A stretch of DNA of 64,000 bases from Paramoeba atlantica (GCA_977017575.1 CDRNVI010000054.1:682001-746000), one strand, 5' to 3'. Positions 35,681-48,545 are shown, counted from the first letter of the stretch. Notes: a model not told the origin generated them from the sequence alone. Translations and numbers: made by a program.

Positions 35681-36009
35681 CTGTAACCCCCCCGTTTATA
35701 ATAACCTCGACCCCTCCCCCTCTTTATAGGTTCTTTTTTTTTTGGGCAAACCGATGAAGATTTTCTTTTAATTTCTTGCGCCGTCACAAATATTTTGATA
35801 TTTGTTTTCAGATGGTTCTTCGAGGTATGGCGCGGGGTCGTGCTGGTCATTTTACTTTGGCAGATCGCTGGGGCCCACTTAGCGATTGAATAATTCCTTA
35901 ATCCTCGCTACAAAATGTAGGGCAATTTACGTGCCATCTTTTAATCGCACCCCCCCCCTTTTTAGGTTCATTTGGGCCAAAGCGAGGCTATTATAAACGG
36001 GGGGTACAG
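35681..36009. mobile_element. Tc1/mariner-type MITE
   Basis: TA-ctgtaacccccccgtttataataacctcg ... cgaggctattataaacggggggtacag-TA. Confidence 0.7.
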
Positions 36010-36552
36010 TATATTGAATAACGGTATATTATATACCGTGCCGAACATACAGGGGGTGCAAGAAAATATAGGGGGGTCTAAATTTTGCAAAACTTGCCCA
36101 ATTTTAGAAAGTAGCACCGCATTCGAAAGCTTTCGCAAAGTTACGCGTCATGTGATAATGCGTTTCCCGCATTTTTAATTGCTTTACAAACTTCTAAAAA
36201 ACCTTGATATTTCGAAATACAACTTTTACTCTTTCACTCGTTCGAAAAAACTGCGTTTTTTATGAATTTAGTGACCCAGAAAAGATCCTGTTCTAATAAT
36301 ACAAAGGCGTAGAAAAGGAATAGATTCTGTTATGCACCTGGTGGGCAACTATGATCCTCTCACAGAGCACACGCAAGAAAAGAAAATTATGCTCAATGTC
36401 GATAGCATAGTATTCTTCAATACTTTGAGAATTCTCGAGAAAACTATAAAATTATCGAACTTTGAATCACTCACCCCTCACGCAACATATCCACCCCGTT
36501 AACTTCACCGCCCCCTTACTTCACCACAAAGTGGGCGCCAAATAAGGGGGCG

Positions 36553-37479
36553 GTGACGGTATATTACTGTACATTGCATGTCATGCTGCGCCTCCTTTTA
36601 TATTTTCCCTTTATGAAATTTACGATAATTATGTCCGATGCTAATGAACCGCCATGCAAGCGGCAAAAGCAATCTGCTTCAGACACTGCCATGTACCCCT
36701 CGCGTACATCCAAAGTACGAGGCGCTACCCTGCCACAGGAGTATGAGTTAGCTCGATTTCTTACAAACATTACCTCTGGCATGGAATCTGGACCTTCCGT
36801 ATTTGGAAATCCATCATTGCCTGCGTGTGAGTGGAAAGGTGTGGAGTGCGCTGGTACCGATAAAATCATCGCTATCATGTGGGATAACCGAAAACTATGT
36901 GGTACGCCGCAATGGGAATATTTGCCACAGACACTTATAGGCTTTTTTGCGAACAGCAACCGACTCGGGGGAAAACTACCGCTCGACGTCCTGCCTCGGA
37001 ATTTGACGTGCTTGGACCTTCACAATAATGTGCTCACAGAGGAGTTGCATCTACAAGATCTTCCTCGACAATTAGTTCAGCTTGTGTTGCACAGGAACGA
37101 TTTTACAGGAAGGCTTGATCTCACCTGTCTGCCGGAACCCCTGGATGAGTTTTCGATTCACGAAAACGCGTTATATGGCGAGCTGGATCTGACACAATTA
37201 GCTCCGCATCAGAAACATATTTCCTTGGGTCGCAATCAGTTTACAGGAACTCCAGATCTAAGAAATTTGTCATCTGCACTAGAACAATTATACTTACAGA
37301 AGAATCAATTTTGTGGTTCAGTTGCCTTTGATTGTCTCCCAACGAACATGGAGTATTTGTGGTTATTTGAGAACAAGGAGCTTCACGGCAAATTCCACGA
37401 AGACGAATTACCACTTCGCTTGCGTGATGGATTCAAGTACTACAATACGTGTATTCGAAACCTGGATGTTGATTTTTAG
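36553..37479 (+). CDS. LRR protein with basic motif
   Basis: EPPCKRQKQ; SRTSKVRGATLPQEY; ACEWKGVEC cap; LRRs. Confidence 0.9.
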   Translation: MTVYYCTLHVMLRLLLYFPFMKFTIIMSDANEPPCKRQKQSASDTAMYPSRTSKVRGATLPQEYELARFLTNITSGMESGPSVFGNPSLPACEWKGVECAGTDKIIAIMWDNRKLCGTPQWEYLPQTLIGFFANSNRLGGKLPLDVLPRNLTCLDLHNNVLTEELHLQDLPRQLVQLVLHRNDFTGRLDLTCLPEPLDEFSIHENALYGELDLTQLAPHQKHISLGRNQFTGTPDLRNLSSALEQLYLQKNQFCGSVAFDCLPTNMEYLWLFENKELHGKFHEDELPLRLRDGFKYYNTCIRNLDVDF

Positions 37480-37774
37480 ATTGCTTGGATGTTGTTAGTT
37501 TCAAGTGAATTTCTGGACTTCTGAATCGCGGGAAGGAAAATGTGGAGATGGAAACCGTGTTTGAGTCCCACACCCATCCAAACCATAATCCCATTTCAAC
37601 CGTAGCAAGATTCAAGCTCGCCTCGTTGTGGGCGATATTCGATGCCTTTCCGGTAGGGGTGGGAGGCGCATCTGTCGAAAAAAACGTCGTGGAATGGTAG
37701 CTGACGTCCTTACTCTTAAAATACGTCTTAGGAGTCGATTTTTGAAAAATCATATTCTTACTTTTTTTGGTCAC

Positions 37775-37990
37775 CCCAAAAAGTTTCGGAATTTTTGAAC
37801 TTGTCGGACCCCTCCTGCGCATACCGGGGGGGTCACCCCCAGGTGGGGGGGGGGGTGGAAAATTATCGCTGCGGCATGCTCCTGCGCTCGATTTTGAAAA
37901 CAAAATCGCGACGTATGCCCCCCCTGGATCCCCCATGTTTTTTAATTTTCTTTTTCAGTTTTCACCGCTTTTCGGGACAATTAAATAGGG
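37775..37990 (-). mobile_element. Family A partial copy (reverse)
   Basis: Matches the reverse complement of 3700-3870. Confidence 0.5.
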
Positions 37991-38169
37991 GGGTGCAAAT
38001 TTTGAAGAAACTCTGGGAAAAAAGTTTTACTCGGCGCAAGTTTTACTCTCTTCTACTATCTGCTATTATTCTTCTTGTGTAAGCGTAGCTCTAACGGAGC
38101 CACCAACATTCAAAACGTTAGATTATGATTACAGAAACAACCCCCAGTCCGGTTTAATGTACCTGTAGC

Positions 38170-38545
38170 TCGCTATTGTACCGGGGGGTACAATAAGTGG
38201 GAACGCTTGCTTTTGTTCCGGGTTAATGTGCTTATAGCTACTTATTGTGCAGGGGGGGGGGGGCACAATAAGTGGAAACGACCGCTATTATTGTACCTCC
38301 CCCAAACAAGAAGCGGCGCCATATTGTTTTGGGGGGTTTTATTACATTTTCTCGAAATTGGCTTTGTTTGTTCAACAACGCATTCCTTAAATAGAACAAA
38401 TTCTGCGCATGGACATGTTTGTCCATAAAAAAAGGCGCCGCGAAATGGCGCCAAATTTGTTTTTACCCTTTTTTGGTTTTTCCAATATTTAGTTATTGTG
38501 CCTAGAGCCAGTTATTGTGCAGGGGGGCACAATAACCCATTGTGA
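38170..38545. repeat. Repeated short hairpins ttattgtgc-G-run-gcacaataa
   Basis: Three copies near 38174, 38242 and 38512; MITE-like. Confidence 0.5.
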
Positions 38546-38926
38546 ATTCCAAAATACACTTTCTGTGACCCCCCCCTTTAAACCCCTTAACAAGGATAAG
38601 GCACCCCCCCTTTTTTTTCGCGTGCGGAGACTCATGTGGATTGCAGCACCACTTTTCCGTTCACAATTTTGAGACCTGTGCGTTCCTGGGTTTTTAGCCT
38701 GTTTTAAGAATTTGAAAACGCTAGTTTGAGAAGTTAATTTTTGAGAACAGGTTTTGTAAAATTATGGTAAAATCTAAGTACCGTCCACCAAGGGGAGGGA
38801 TAAAACCGGCGCGGCTCATCCAGTTTTCCTGTCTTTCCTTTTATATTACCTTCCATTTCTAGAAGGGAAGACTTAGAACGTTCTTGCTTTTTTCTAAAGT
38901 TTTTTGAAAAATTACGAAATTTTTAA

Positions 38927-39420
38927 GTTCAAACCCGCTCATCGCAATATTCCCGGCGGCCTCACTCTAAGAGGCTGGGCTGAGAACCGACTATGCCCAG
39001 TACTCGGAGGACCGTCCCGGACCCTCCCCTCAGGGAACCAGCTCCCTTGCCCGGCTTACACCTCTTGGGTAAGCCGTGTTGACGTACAGTTCGTTGACGC
39101 AGCGTGTTGGCAACAGCACGTTGGTGCCGCCTTGGACAAGCGGAAACTGGTAGAGGACGTCGGCCTCGGAACTTCCAAATCTGTCTGTGAAGGGTCTGGC
39201 TTGCCAGTGGCTATCCAGAGCAATCCGGAATGATTTGGATGGTTTTTTTTGTGGCGGAATCCTCCCAGTGGGAGGATGCGGAGTGTCAAGAATTCAAAGT
39301 TTGAAGCAAATGGTGCTCAGACGGCGAGTTCAAACCCGCTCATCGCAATATTCCCGGCGGCCTCACTCTAAGAGGCTGGGCTGATAACCGGCTAGGCCCA
39401 GTACTCGGAGGACCGTCCCG
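38927..39420 (+). mobile_element. Two tandem partial copies of the tRNA-like-headed SINE
   Basis: Same sequence as 53611-53982, period ~401 bp. Confidence 0.65.
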
Positions 39421-39731
39421 TTTTTTTTTGCGATAAATGGGGGGGGAGAAGTATAAAACGCGGCATTGCCTCTATATTTTTACCCAGTAGACGAACCAAG
39501 TAGGTCCATTGGTGGGGGTATATGATTTGTAAACAAGCAATCAAATTAGCAATTTCACATGTTGTAGCCCAAAACTAGTAATTCAACCTGCCTTAAGTTA
39601 TTTATAATTTTGATAATACTAATAATAAAAAAGGAAGCAATCCACGCCCAATCCATTCGCGCGTTCCGGGCCGGGTCTTTCGACCTCTCCACGGCCTGAC
39701 TTGTGAACCCTTCCCTTGTTATATGGGAGGG
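39421..39731 (-). mobile_element. ~310-nt poly(A)-ended module (retroelement 3' end or SINE-like)
   Basis: Close homologue of 50486-50792, ending in A9 on the - strand. Confidence 0.65.
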
Positions 39732-39826
39732 CGCAGGCGCGGGCCGGTGTCGACAGCGACACGGTCGCGAAACAGGATGCTGGCCGACGGGGAGGAGATT
39801 CACTACCCGTGTACTACCTCACTTGG

Positions 39827-40562
39827 TTTTTTATTAAGACAACGTTTTTTATTAAGACAACGTTTTTTATTAAGACAACGTTTTTTATTAAGACAACGTT
39901 TTTTATTAAGACAACGTTTTTTATTAAAGACAACGTTTTTTATTAAAGACAACGTTTTTTATTAAATGACAACGTCTTTTATTAAATGACAACGTCTTTT
40001 ATTAAAGACAACGCTTTTTATTAAAGACAACGTTTTTTATTAAAGACAACGTTTTTTATTAAAGACAACGTTTTTTATTAAGACAACGTTTTTTATTAAG
40101 ACAACGTTTTTTATTAAGACAACGTTTTTTATTAAGACAACGTTTTTTATTAAAGACAACGTTTTTTATTAAGACAACGTTTTTTATTTAAGACAACGTT
40201 TTTTATTAAAGACAACGTTTTTTATTAAATGACAACGTCTTTTATTAAATGACAACGTCTTTTATTAAAGACAACGCTTTTTATTAAAGACAACGTTTTT
40301 TATTAAAGACAACGTTTTTTATTAAAGACAACGTTTTTTATTAAGACAACGTTTTTTATTAAGACAACGTTTTTTATTAAGACAACGTTTTTTATTAAGA
40401 CAACGTTTTTTATTAAAGACAACGTTTTTTATTAAAGACAACGTTTTTTATTAAGACAACGTTTTTTATTAAGACAACGTTTTTTATTAAGACAACGTTT
40501 TTTATTAAGACAACGTTTTTTATTAAGACAGCGATTTTTATTAAGACAACGCTTTTTATTAA
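39827..40562. repeat. Minisatellite, ~38 x 19-21 bp (ttttttattaa(a)gacaacg)
   Basis: Direct reading; the variant block (taaatgacaacgtc x2, gacaacgc) recurs at ~39960 and ~40225. Confidence 0.95.
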
Positions 40563-40723
40563 TGCATTTTAATAAAGAATGGCCGGAGGCGTTCGGACCG
40601 TTCGGGGCTTTGTTGGCGGTCAAACAAAGACTTCGATCGTCCACGTGTTGTCGAGGAAACCTGTTCTTGCCCCCGTAGAGGGAATGGGGAGTAGCCAAAC
40701 TCCGACCGCGTGCCCTGTTTCGA

Positions 40724-43700
40724 ATGACCAATCTTATGGTCCCTACTAAACGTTTCGCTATTACTTGGTGCAAGTCGTATGATGAACGTACGAGGTTATG
40801 GGAGGGGGTTGTTATATCTGTTCTTGATGATGGTACCCGCCTTGTTAAGTACGATGTAATAAAAGATCGTCTGTTTCTCTTTCCTCCGAAAGATCCCCGG
40901 ATACTTGTATCAGGTGGTAGAGTTGGGTTTTTAGGGAAAGCGAGAAAGGAAAAGAAAAACAAGAAACGCAAATACTGTTCTCGAGGTGGCTACCGAGAGC
41001 AGCCCAAGATGAGCGCTATGAGAGGGGGGTTCACGATTAGTACTCTAAATGTTGATACCCTAAAGGTAAAGGCAACGGATACATTTACGTTCAGAAAGTT
41101 AATTAGACTACATCAGATCGTAGGCTTCATGAAGAGTCAATGTGCTGACATTATGAATCTGCAGGAAACGAGGCTGACGTTCCAAGGTGACGATCCCATC
41201 TTACATCGTAAGCTCTTTCTTAACGGAATTCTTATTCACCTTTATCTGATGAGTGCTGTTAACGGATACAACGGAATGGCAATAATCAGCAGATACCCTC
41301 TCAATGTTGAGAAAGTTAGTGATCGAATAATGAAGACTAACCTTCTTCTGGAGAATACCAAGGCATGCTTGTTCAATGTGTACTCCCCCACTGCAACAGC
41401 TAACACATCGATCCAAGGTACCTTTGATGAAAATTTGTTTGATGCCTGGTATGATGATAAAAGCCCTGTGAAAATCATTTGCGGAGATTTAAATGCACCT
41501 CTTCTTACAGTACGAGGCTGGAAATGCCGCACTAAGCGGACTAAGGCGCTACGCAGTTTGTTGCATTCAATGGGCGCCCAGTCTGCACATGAAGGATGCT
41601 GTGCGCGGCGCAAGTTGACATATCGCTTCCAAAGTCCAAAAAATATCCAGAAGGTTTGACAAAACAACTAGATCATATAATCGTAAATCGTCGATTTTTC
41701 TCGTCGATACGTAAACAAAAGGTTTGCATCCCCCCTATTCCAACCAGACACTGCGTACTATCTTCAAACTTTAATTTTCGTTGGAAAAAACAAGAAAAGA
41801 AACTACAGCCGCCCTTCTGGTCTGCGCTTAGGAATGATGACATTAAGAGCAATTTTGCAACCGGAGTTAAGAAAGCCCTGAAACATGCTCCGAAAAGAAT
41901 ACGTTCAACAAACGAAACTGAAACTGCAACTACTCCTCATCTTGAAGTCGAAAACATCAAAGTAAGTTGGGAAAAACTAGCCGAGGCAATCCATTCCACC
42001 TCAAATACTCTTCCAAAAAGGCTTCCCAAAAATGCGGACAATGCGGTTCTTTCGGAAATTGACCCAGATGTGTTGAACTTAAAGAAGATTATGAAAGTAG
42101 TTGCCAGCAAAAGTGAATTTAAACATGCGACTAAGATACTTTCTGATTGAATCGAGACATCTATTTTAACTGAGTGTGAAATTTTGGAAAAGGAACTAAA
42201 ATCGGCGCCTAAATCAGCGTATAGAACCATACGAAATATTGTTGGGGATAATAGAAGTGAATTTGCAATATTTGGGAGAACTTCCAAAGAAAGTCTCGAA
42301 GCAGTTAGAAATCATTTTTCGAAAGTCGGACACGAGACAGTGGCTGAAAAAGGCACCATTCGGTTTCCAACGGCACCGAAACGCTTAGAACAGATTGACG
42401 ACGGAAAATTTCGCCCAGAAAAATTGTCTTCAGCTCTTCAAATGGTCAAATCGGGAAAAGCTCCTGGGGGTGATAGCATACCTATCGAGGCGCTCAGAGC
42501 AATTTCAGATGACAGCGAGTTGAGAACTGTTTTGCTTGATATAATGAACGATGTTCATGAAACTGGGAACGCGGAACAATCTTGGAAGTCCATATTACAG
42601 GTACCGCTGCCAAAAAAGGGAAACTTGCAATCACTGGGAAATTGGAGACTAATATGCCTTGTCAACCATGTGGTTAAAGTGTTGAACAGAATGATCCTAA
42701 ACCGCATCCAACCAGCAGTAGAGAAGTCTCTCCGTGGGAACCAATTTGGTTTCCGCCCGAATCGATCTACAGCAGGCGCGCAGGCAACATTTATGGAGAT
42801 TGCAAGCAAATCGCACAGAGGAACAGGCGTGTACGCATGTTTCGTAGACTTCAAGCAAGCCTTTCCATCAATATCGTTCGACTCCATAAAAGAGGCTCTC
42901 CGAGCTTTTGATATACCTCCAAAGCTGAGTGCAGCTGTGATGTCCATTTACAAAAATCTTCGATCTCATGTACGGACCCCTTACGGAACAACGGAAGATT
43001 TTCCTATTGTAAGCGGCACTCTTCAAGGAGATGTTCTAGCTCCTTACTTATTTGTTATGGTTCTGGACCGAATTTTGGTAGAGGCGATTGACATGAACAA
43101 GCTCGGGCTGGTAACGCACACATCCGGGACAAAAAGTCGAGGACTCAAAGAACTGAGAATTTCTGACATTGATTACGCGGATGATATTGTATTGTTTGCT
43201 TCAACGAAACCTGAATTAAAAATCATGCTTACCAATTTATGTGCTTCAGCAGAAAAGGCAAACCTTAAAATCAATGTTGGTCCACAGAAAACGGCTTGGA
43301 TGACACTTGGAAAGGTGAAGGATGATAATACCGCCCTAGAAATAGACGGATTAGGGGAAATTCCTAGAGTACAAAAGTACAGATATCTTGGCGGCACACA
43401 GAACACCGAGGATACCTGTACGTCCCCCAAGGAAAGACTGCGACTAGAATGGGGTGTAATGCACAAGCTTCGCGCCATATGGAAGTCCTCTATCTCCTCT
43501 CATTGCAAATTTCAAATTTTCAAAACACTCGTTCAACACACGGATTCAGAGTACGTATGGGATTTCTTCCACGAAACTGTGCATCGGTATCGGCTCATTG
43601 GGTTCCGCTCATTCAAAGGGTGCGAAGCAATGCGATCCCTTCAAAACGCTTACTACAGTACAAAACATACTAAAAAATTCTACTGTATCAAGGTCAAATC

Positions 43701-44332
43701 ACACAATGAAAATGTATGCCCAACGATACAGCAATGTATGAAAATGTATGTACAACGATACCGCAGATTATTTAGCCAAAAAGGCGTGCAAGCTGGAAGG
43801 AAATGAACTAGCTATAAAATACTACGGGGATATATTGCACGGCAATGCAAAGAGGAAATCAGAGCAAAATAATACCTCAAGATGTCTTAAAACTCAGAGG
43901 ACTAGAAAAGGCACAAACCAAAGAGCAGTACCTGTATCTACGGGGCCCCCTTTGTCGGAAAACTCAAACGATTCACGTTCAACGAAACAACCCGAACGGA
44001 GCATTCGAATAAATCAAAAGAGGACGAAATCTCCCATACGCAAAGCTTCTTTACATAAGAAGACAAAGGGTATCAACTTAATTTCCAGCCCCCCACAGAT
44101 AACCAATTCGAACGTAAGCATTGAGGTGAAACGAAATAAACCTCAAATGAAGCGTCTAAAAGATACAAGTTTGGACTTATCATCATCCCAGACAAAGAGT
44201 GAACCAGAAAATGAAAAGGAGTCACAAAAGCGAGTGAAAAGGACATCAAAGAAAAAACCTTGTTTTACAGCTAAAGGGAAAGACAAGAGTATAATTGATG
44301 TAAAAAAGCATGGAAATAAGCGGGAGAATTAG
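40724..44332 (+). mobile_element. Degenerate non-LTR retrotransposon: APE endonuclease, RT, partial RNase H (RTE-group-like)
   Basis: APE: LNV, LQET, NVYSPT, GDLNA, LDHI. RT: KAPGGD, QFGFRP, FVDFKQAF, LQGDVLAPYLF, DYADD, YRYLG. RNase H: TDSEYV...VKSH...NDTADYLAK. Frameshift at ~41640, stop at 42150. Confidence 0.9.
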
Positions 44333-47300
44333 CCTTATGACATTAACTTTCCGATTTGAGAGATGCTATTGGAGCCTATGCTTCTGTTATATTTAAGTTC
44401 ATTACCATCAGATTTGGTGAATTAAAGAATTACGTTCGCTGACGTGATTGCGACGGTGATTTGTCTTATAGTGTTCAAAAGATAAGTACTAATGGTTCTT
44501 AGAGATCGATTGATTAGGAGGCTTGAAATTGAAAGTCTGTTTGTTTTTGAAAAATTTTCTGTAAGTGTGTTCTGTGTTGATATTTTGAAGGTGGAAATAT
44601 TTAGGGGAAATTTTTGAAACCTTTAACTGGGCTAACATCTCAGTGTTGGTTGGTTGGTTCACTTGGGGTACCTAGCCCTCGCGAGCTAGGCGGGAGCATA
44701 GACTCTTTCGACCCGACCAGCACCCGTCCTGGATATTATGGCGTCTTCGTGCTGAAACTGGGCTTTCAGTAGAGGCTTAAGCCTCTACCAAAGGATCCGC
44801 TGGGTCCTCTACGCGGATGCGCGAAACCATCATCCTGACTTGAGAACGCATTAGCGTCACGTTCAGATCCGTTAGGAGATCGTTTCGCGCTTGGTCTCGT
44901 GAAAGGATCCCTTTGGACGCATTCGCCCGTTGGGTTCCGATGTCCCGGAGTAACGCTAGCGCACTCTCGCTCCAGGAACCAAAGGATTCCACCACCATCG
45001 CTGTGAAGAGGTGTCCTGCTTTTTCTGCTTCTTGTCGCTGTCGCGCCTTGGTCTCCGCGAAGTGCTCAGCAAAAGACCCCGGGGTCACCCAGCTAGCATT
45101 GTGGACTGAGTCCAAATACTTTGTTTGCTGTGCGCGAGTGACCGCAAAATCGAGGACCATGCCTTGCGCTAAAGATCCTTTGGCGATGGAGGCAGTTGGC
45201 AGAAATACGTCTGCTGGTCTCGTGAGAGCCCCCCCAGGACCCCGATTTCCCAAACTCTTCTCTCTCTGTGGCGCCAGGAAGGCTCTGCTGCAGAACGATA
45301 TAAATTGTTGGGCCAGAGCGTTGTGCCGTGAGATGATACCATGGCCGTTCTTGCAGAGAAAAGCGTGCTCCCCATTCTTGAGAAAGGGAAGGGTGCACCA
45401 GTCAGCTGGGCAAGGCCGCACTTTTACACACCAGGGCATGGTTCCCCTCGCGCCCGAGAGGCTGCGCACACTTGGTCATAGGACAGGGTCGAGATTCCAC
45501 GTAGACGTCAGCTCCCAGCCACCAACGGGTGAGAGCGCGAAACTCGGTCGACGTGAAGGCATAACCCCTCCCCTTTGAAGGTACGACCAACCCCCTCACC
45601 CGTTTCGGAGAGCCATCTGGCGCGTGTATGGGGGTCGGCAGAGAGGTACGCCACCTTGTATTCCCGAGCTAAGATTGCTCGGGAGAGTGCTTGCTGCCTC
45701 GCTGTCGGGGGCTTTTCTTCCGGCATGTTCTCGGGTTTTGGGCTGGGAAGCGGGACGGGATCTGTTAGTGGGCGTGGTGGGAGCGTCACTGTAGGGCAAC
45801 TGGACGGGTGAGAGGAGGAGCCTTTGGAGATAGAAAAAGTTTCCGGGGTATACTGATACCGCCCTGACAATTCGTCAATGAAGAGGGTACCAGAGAGCTC
45901 GTTTACATGGCGTGCCGCCTCGGAAAAGCCTGCAGCATGCGCCGCGTTCCACTCGTCGCACGATGCTGCAAAAGCTACGGATGACACGTACGCTGCGGCA
46001 GCGTGCATGAAGGAGGATAGCAGACCGAGGCCGCCGTACTTTTTGCTGCGCTGAGCCTGCATGCGTGACGAGGGGGTAAGCGAATTGATGGCCCTCTGCT
46101 CTGGGACTGCTTCTAGGCCTAGCGTTTTAGAGAGTTCTAAGATTACCTGAGGAGGGGTAGTGCGCATGGCGAATACGAGTTGACAGAAACCAGAGCATTG
46201 TCAGATTAGTGTCAACGCGACTTGCGGGTCTTCGATTCTCTTTATTGCCCGCATTGTAGATATCGCGGGGAGTAACGCATTCGTGTCCTGAAAAGCGCTG
46301 CAGTGATTTGCCGAACCAATCGGGCTTCCTAATAGATCAAAATTACCATTAATGTTTATCTTGTCTGGGGGAATGTCTGCGAAAAGAGCAGCGTTGTGCG
46401 CTGAGGCGGGGTGGAGGGCTACCTCACATTTTTGTTTGGTAAGGAGAAGACCAAGTTGTGTCCCCTCGCTAGAGGGGACTGCCAAGGGCCTTCCGGACTG
46501 ATGCCTGGCTACCCGCTAAGTCCCCGTCATCAAGGTACCAGAACTGAAAGAAAGTGTCCTCTGGGAGTTCTGAAACGATTTTTTCCGTAATTAAGTGAAG
46601 AACGAGAGAGAAGAGCAGATGTCCGAGCGGGCCCCCTTGCTGTACGCCTTCTGCTGAGAGAACGGGGTGTGGGCCGTAGGTGAGTGAGCTGTCTGTCTCA
46701 TAACACCACGAAATCCAGTCCGATAATTCTGGGAAATTTTCGCGTGTCAGGGAAATGAGAACGGATCGAGAAACGTTGTTAAACGCGTTGGCCAGATCGA
46801 CTTTACAGAAGACGAAGTCTGGGTCGTCAATGTGGGCGGAGAACGTCTGTCAGCAACGGTGTATCATCCGTTCCGACCCTGCAGGAACCGCGAAGCCGTA
46901 TTGTGTTCCGCAAAAGATGGCTTGCGCTCGCAGTTTGAGTGCTGCACATGCTCCTTTGCTCGCTAGGCGACGAAGAGTTTCACCGACAGCAATCGGGCGG
47001 ACGTCTTGCTCTCCTTTCTGCAAGGCGCAGAGGCGGGCGCCTGCGAAATGGTTTTGGGATTCGAGCGGAGCTTTCCCCGCCAAGAGATGGTTGACTAACT
47101 TTGCGAGGGCCGTGAGTGGGTTGACATTCGAGTCGACGTTCGCGTAGAATGCCTCCTGTATGTGTTCTGGGCACAACCCCATCGTGCCTCCCGAGGAGCC
47201 TCTGTGGAAGCTTTTGACTGCGGCAGAAGTTTCTTGTTCCGTGAGCTGCAATGGCGGGCACTTTGTTGGGGGTGGTTCGGTGGCGAGGAATTCTGTCAAA

Positions 47301-48173
47301 AAGGCGGGGCAGGGCAGCCGACAAGGGTGTTTATTTCGAAGTTTTGAGAGGGTTTCTGGGCTTTCGGGCGCCATCGGAGAGGCCGTAAGGGCTGCCATAC
47401 CCCGAGAAAATTCGCCTTGTCGTGCGAGGAGCTCTGTACGAATGGCTGCTCGCTTCTCGTCGTTGTGAGGGGTTTTCGGAGAACTATGTTGCTTGTTATT
47501 GAAGGAGGAAATTGCATCATACCATAGGGAAGCGTACTCGCGCGCTTGCCAACGCTCTAGGCACTTGAGAACGTGGTTGGCGTACGAAGTGTGCCCTTTG
47601 CGGCCCCCACGATAAGGGGCATGGAGGACGAACTTCGGGAGCATCGCTAGGAGGGTCCAAGCGCAAGTAGTGTTTTCCTTCCCCGCCGCAGCCATCGCCT
47701 CGGAGAGAGCCGACGCCCAAAGTTGACGGCATCGGTATTGGATTTGTTTGCATGTCGAAATTGGGATGGCACATACGATAGGTAAGGGCGGCAGAGGTGG
47801 GTCGTTGTTTCACACTACCCCCGAGAGATTAAGGGGTAGAACTGGAGTTGAGCTGGGCGACTGGGAGGGGTCAGTGGGGTGAGGGGAGGCGTGATTTCGG
47901 AATTTACACTCTCAAGGTGTGAGATCTGTTTTGAAATATCGTAATTTTTTCTACATGGCCTGCAGAGGAAGCGACCTTGTTCACCCCACCACTGTGCGGA
48001 AACCGCGTCACCGTGTCGTGATTATAGAAGGCCTGCCAATGCCCTCCATGGGACGTTGTACTCCAAGTGCATCCTTCCGCTGGAAAAACACGAGATTCTG
48101 TGGGCATGAAGAGGGGAAGTGTGATTTCGGAGAGATTATTGGAATGGAGAAGACGCGATCGTCGTGCAGGGTG

Positions 48174-48545
48174 GAGGTGGCGGAGTAGCAAGAACTCAAA
48201 GTTTGAAGCACATGGTGCTCAAACGGCGAGTTCAAACCCGCTCATCGCAATTTTCCTGGCGGCCTCACTCTAAGAGGCTGGGCTGATACCCGACTAGGCC
48301 CAGTACTCGGATGACCGTCCCCTCAGTGAACCAGCTCCCTTACCCGGCTTACACCTCTTGGGTAAGCCGTGTTGACGTGCTGTTCGTTGACGCAGCGTGT
48401 TGGAAACAGCACGTTGGTGTCGCCTTGGACAAGCGGAAACTGGTAGAGGACGTCGGCCTCGGAACTTCCAAATCTGTCTGTGAAGGGTCTGGCTTGCCAG
48501 TGACCATCCGGAGCAATCCGGAATGATTTGGATTTTTTTGGATTG
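48174..48545 (+). mobile_element. tRNA-like-headed SINE inserted in unit 1
   Basis: Flanked by 17-nt imperfect direct repeats at 48157-48173 and 48546-48562. Confidence 0.55.

Noticed and set aside
39827-40562. CRISPR-like array
   Set aside because: Contiguous repeats with no unique spacers and no cas genes; a minisatellite. The same applies to 11186-11320.
40432-40971. 179-aa - strand ORF with LNKKRC repeats (also 39716..39965)
   Set aside because: Artefact of translating the minisatellite. Other short antisense ORFs over LRR and TE genes are likewise treated as shadows.
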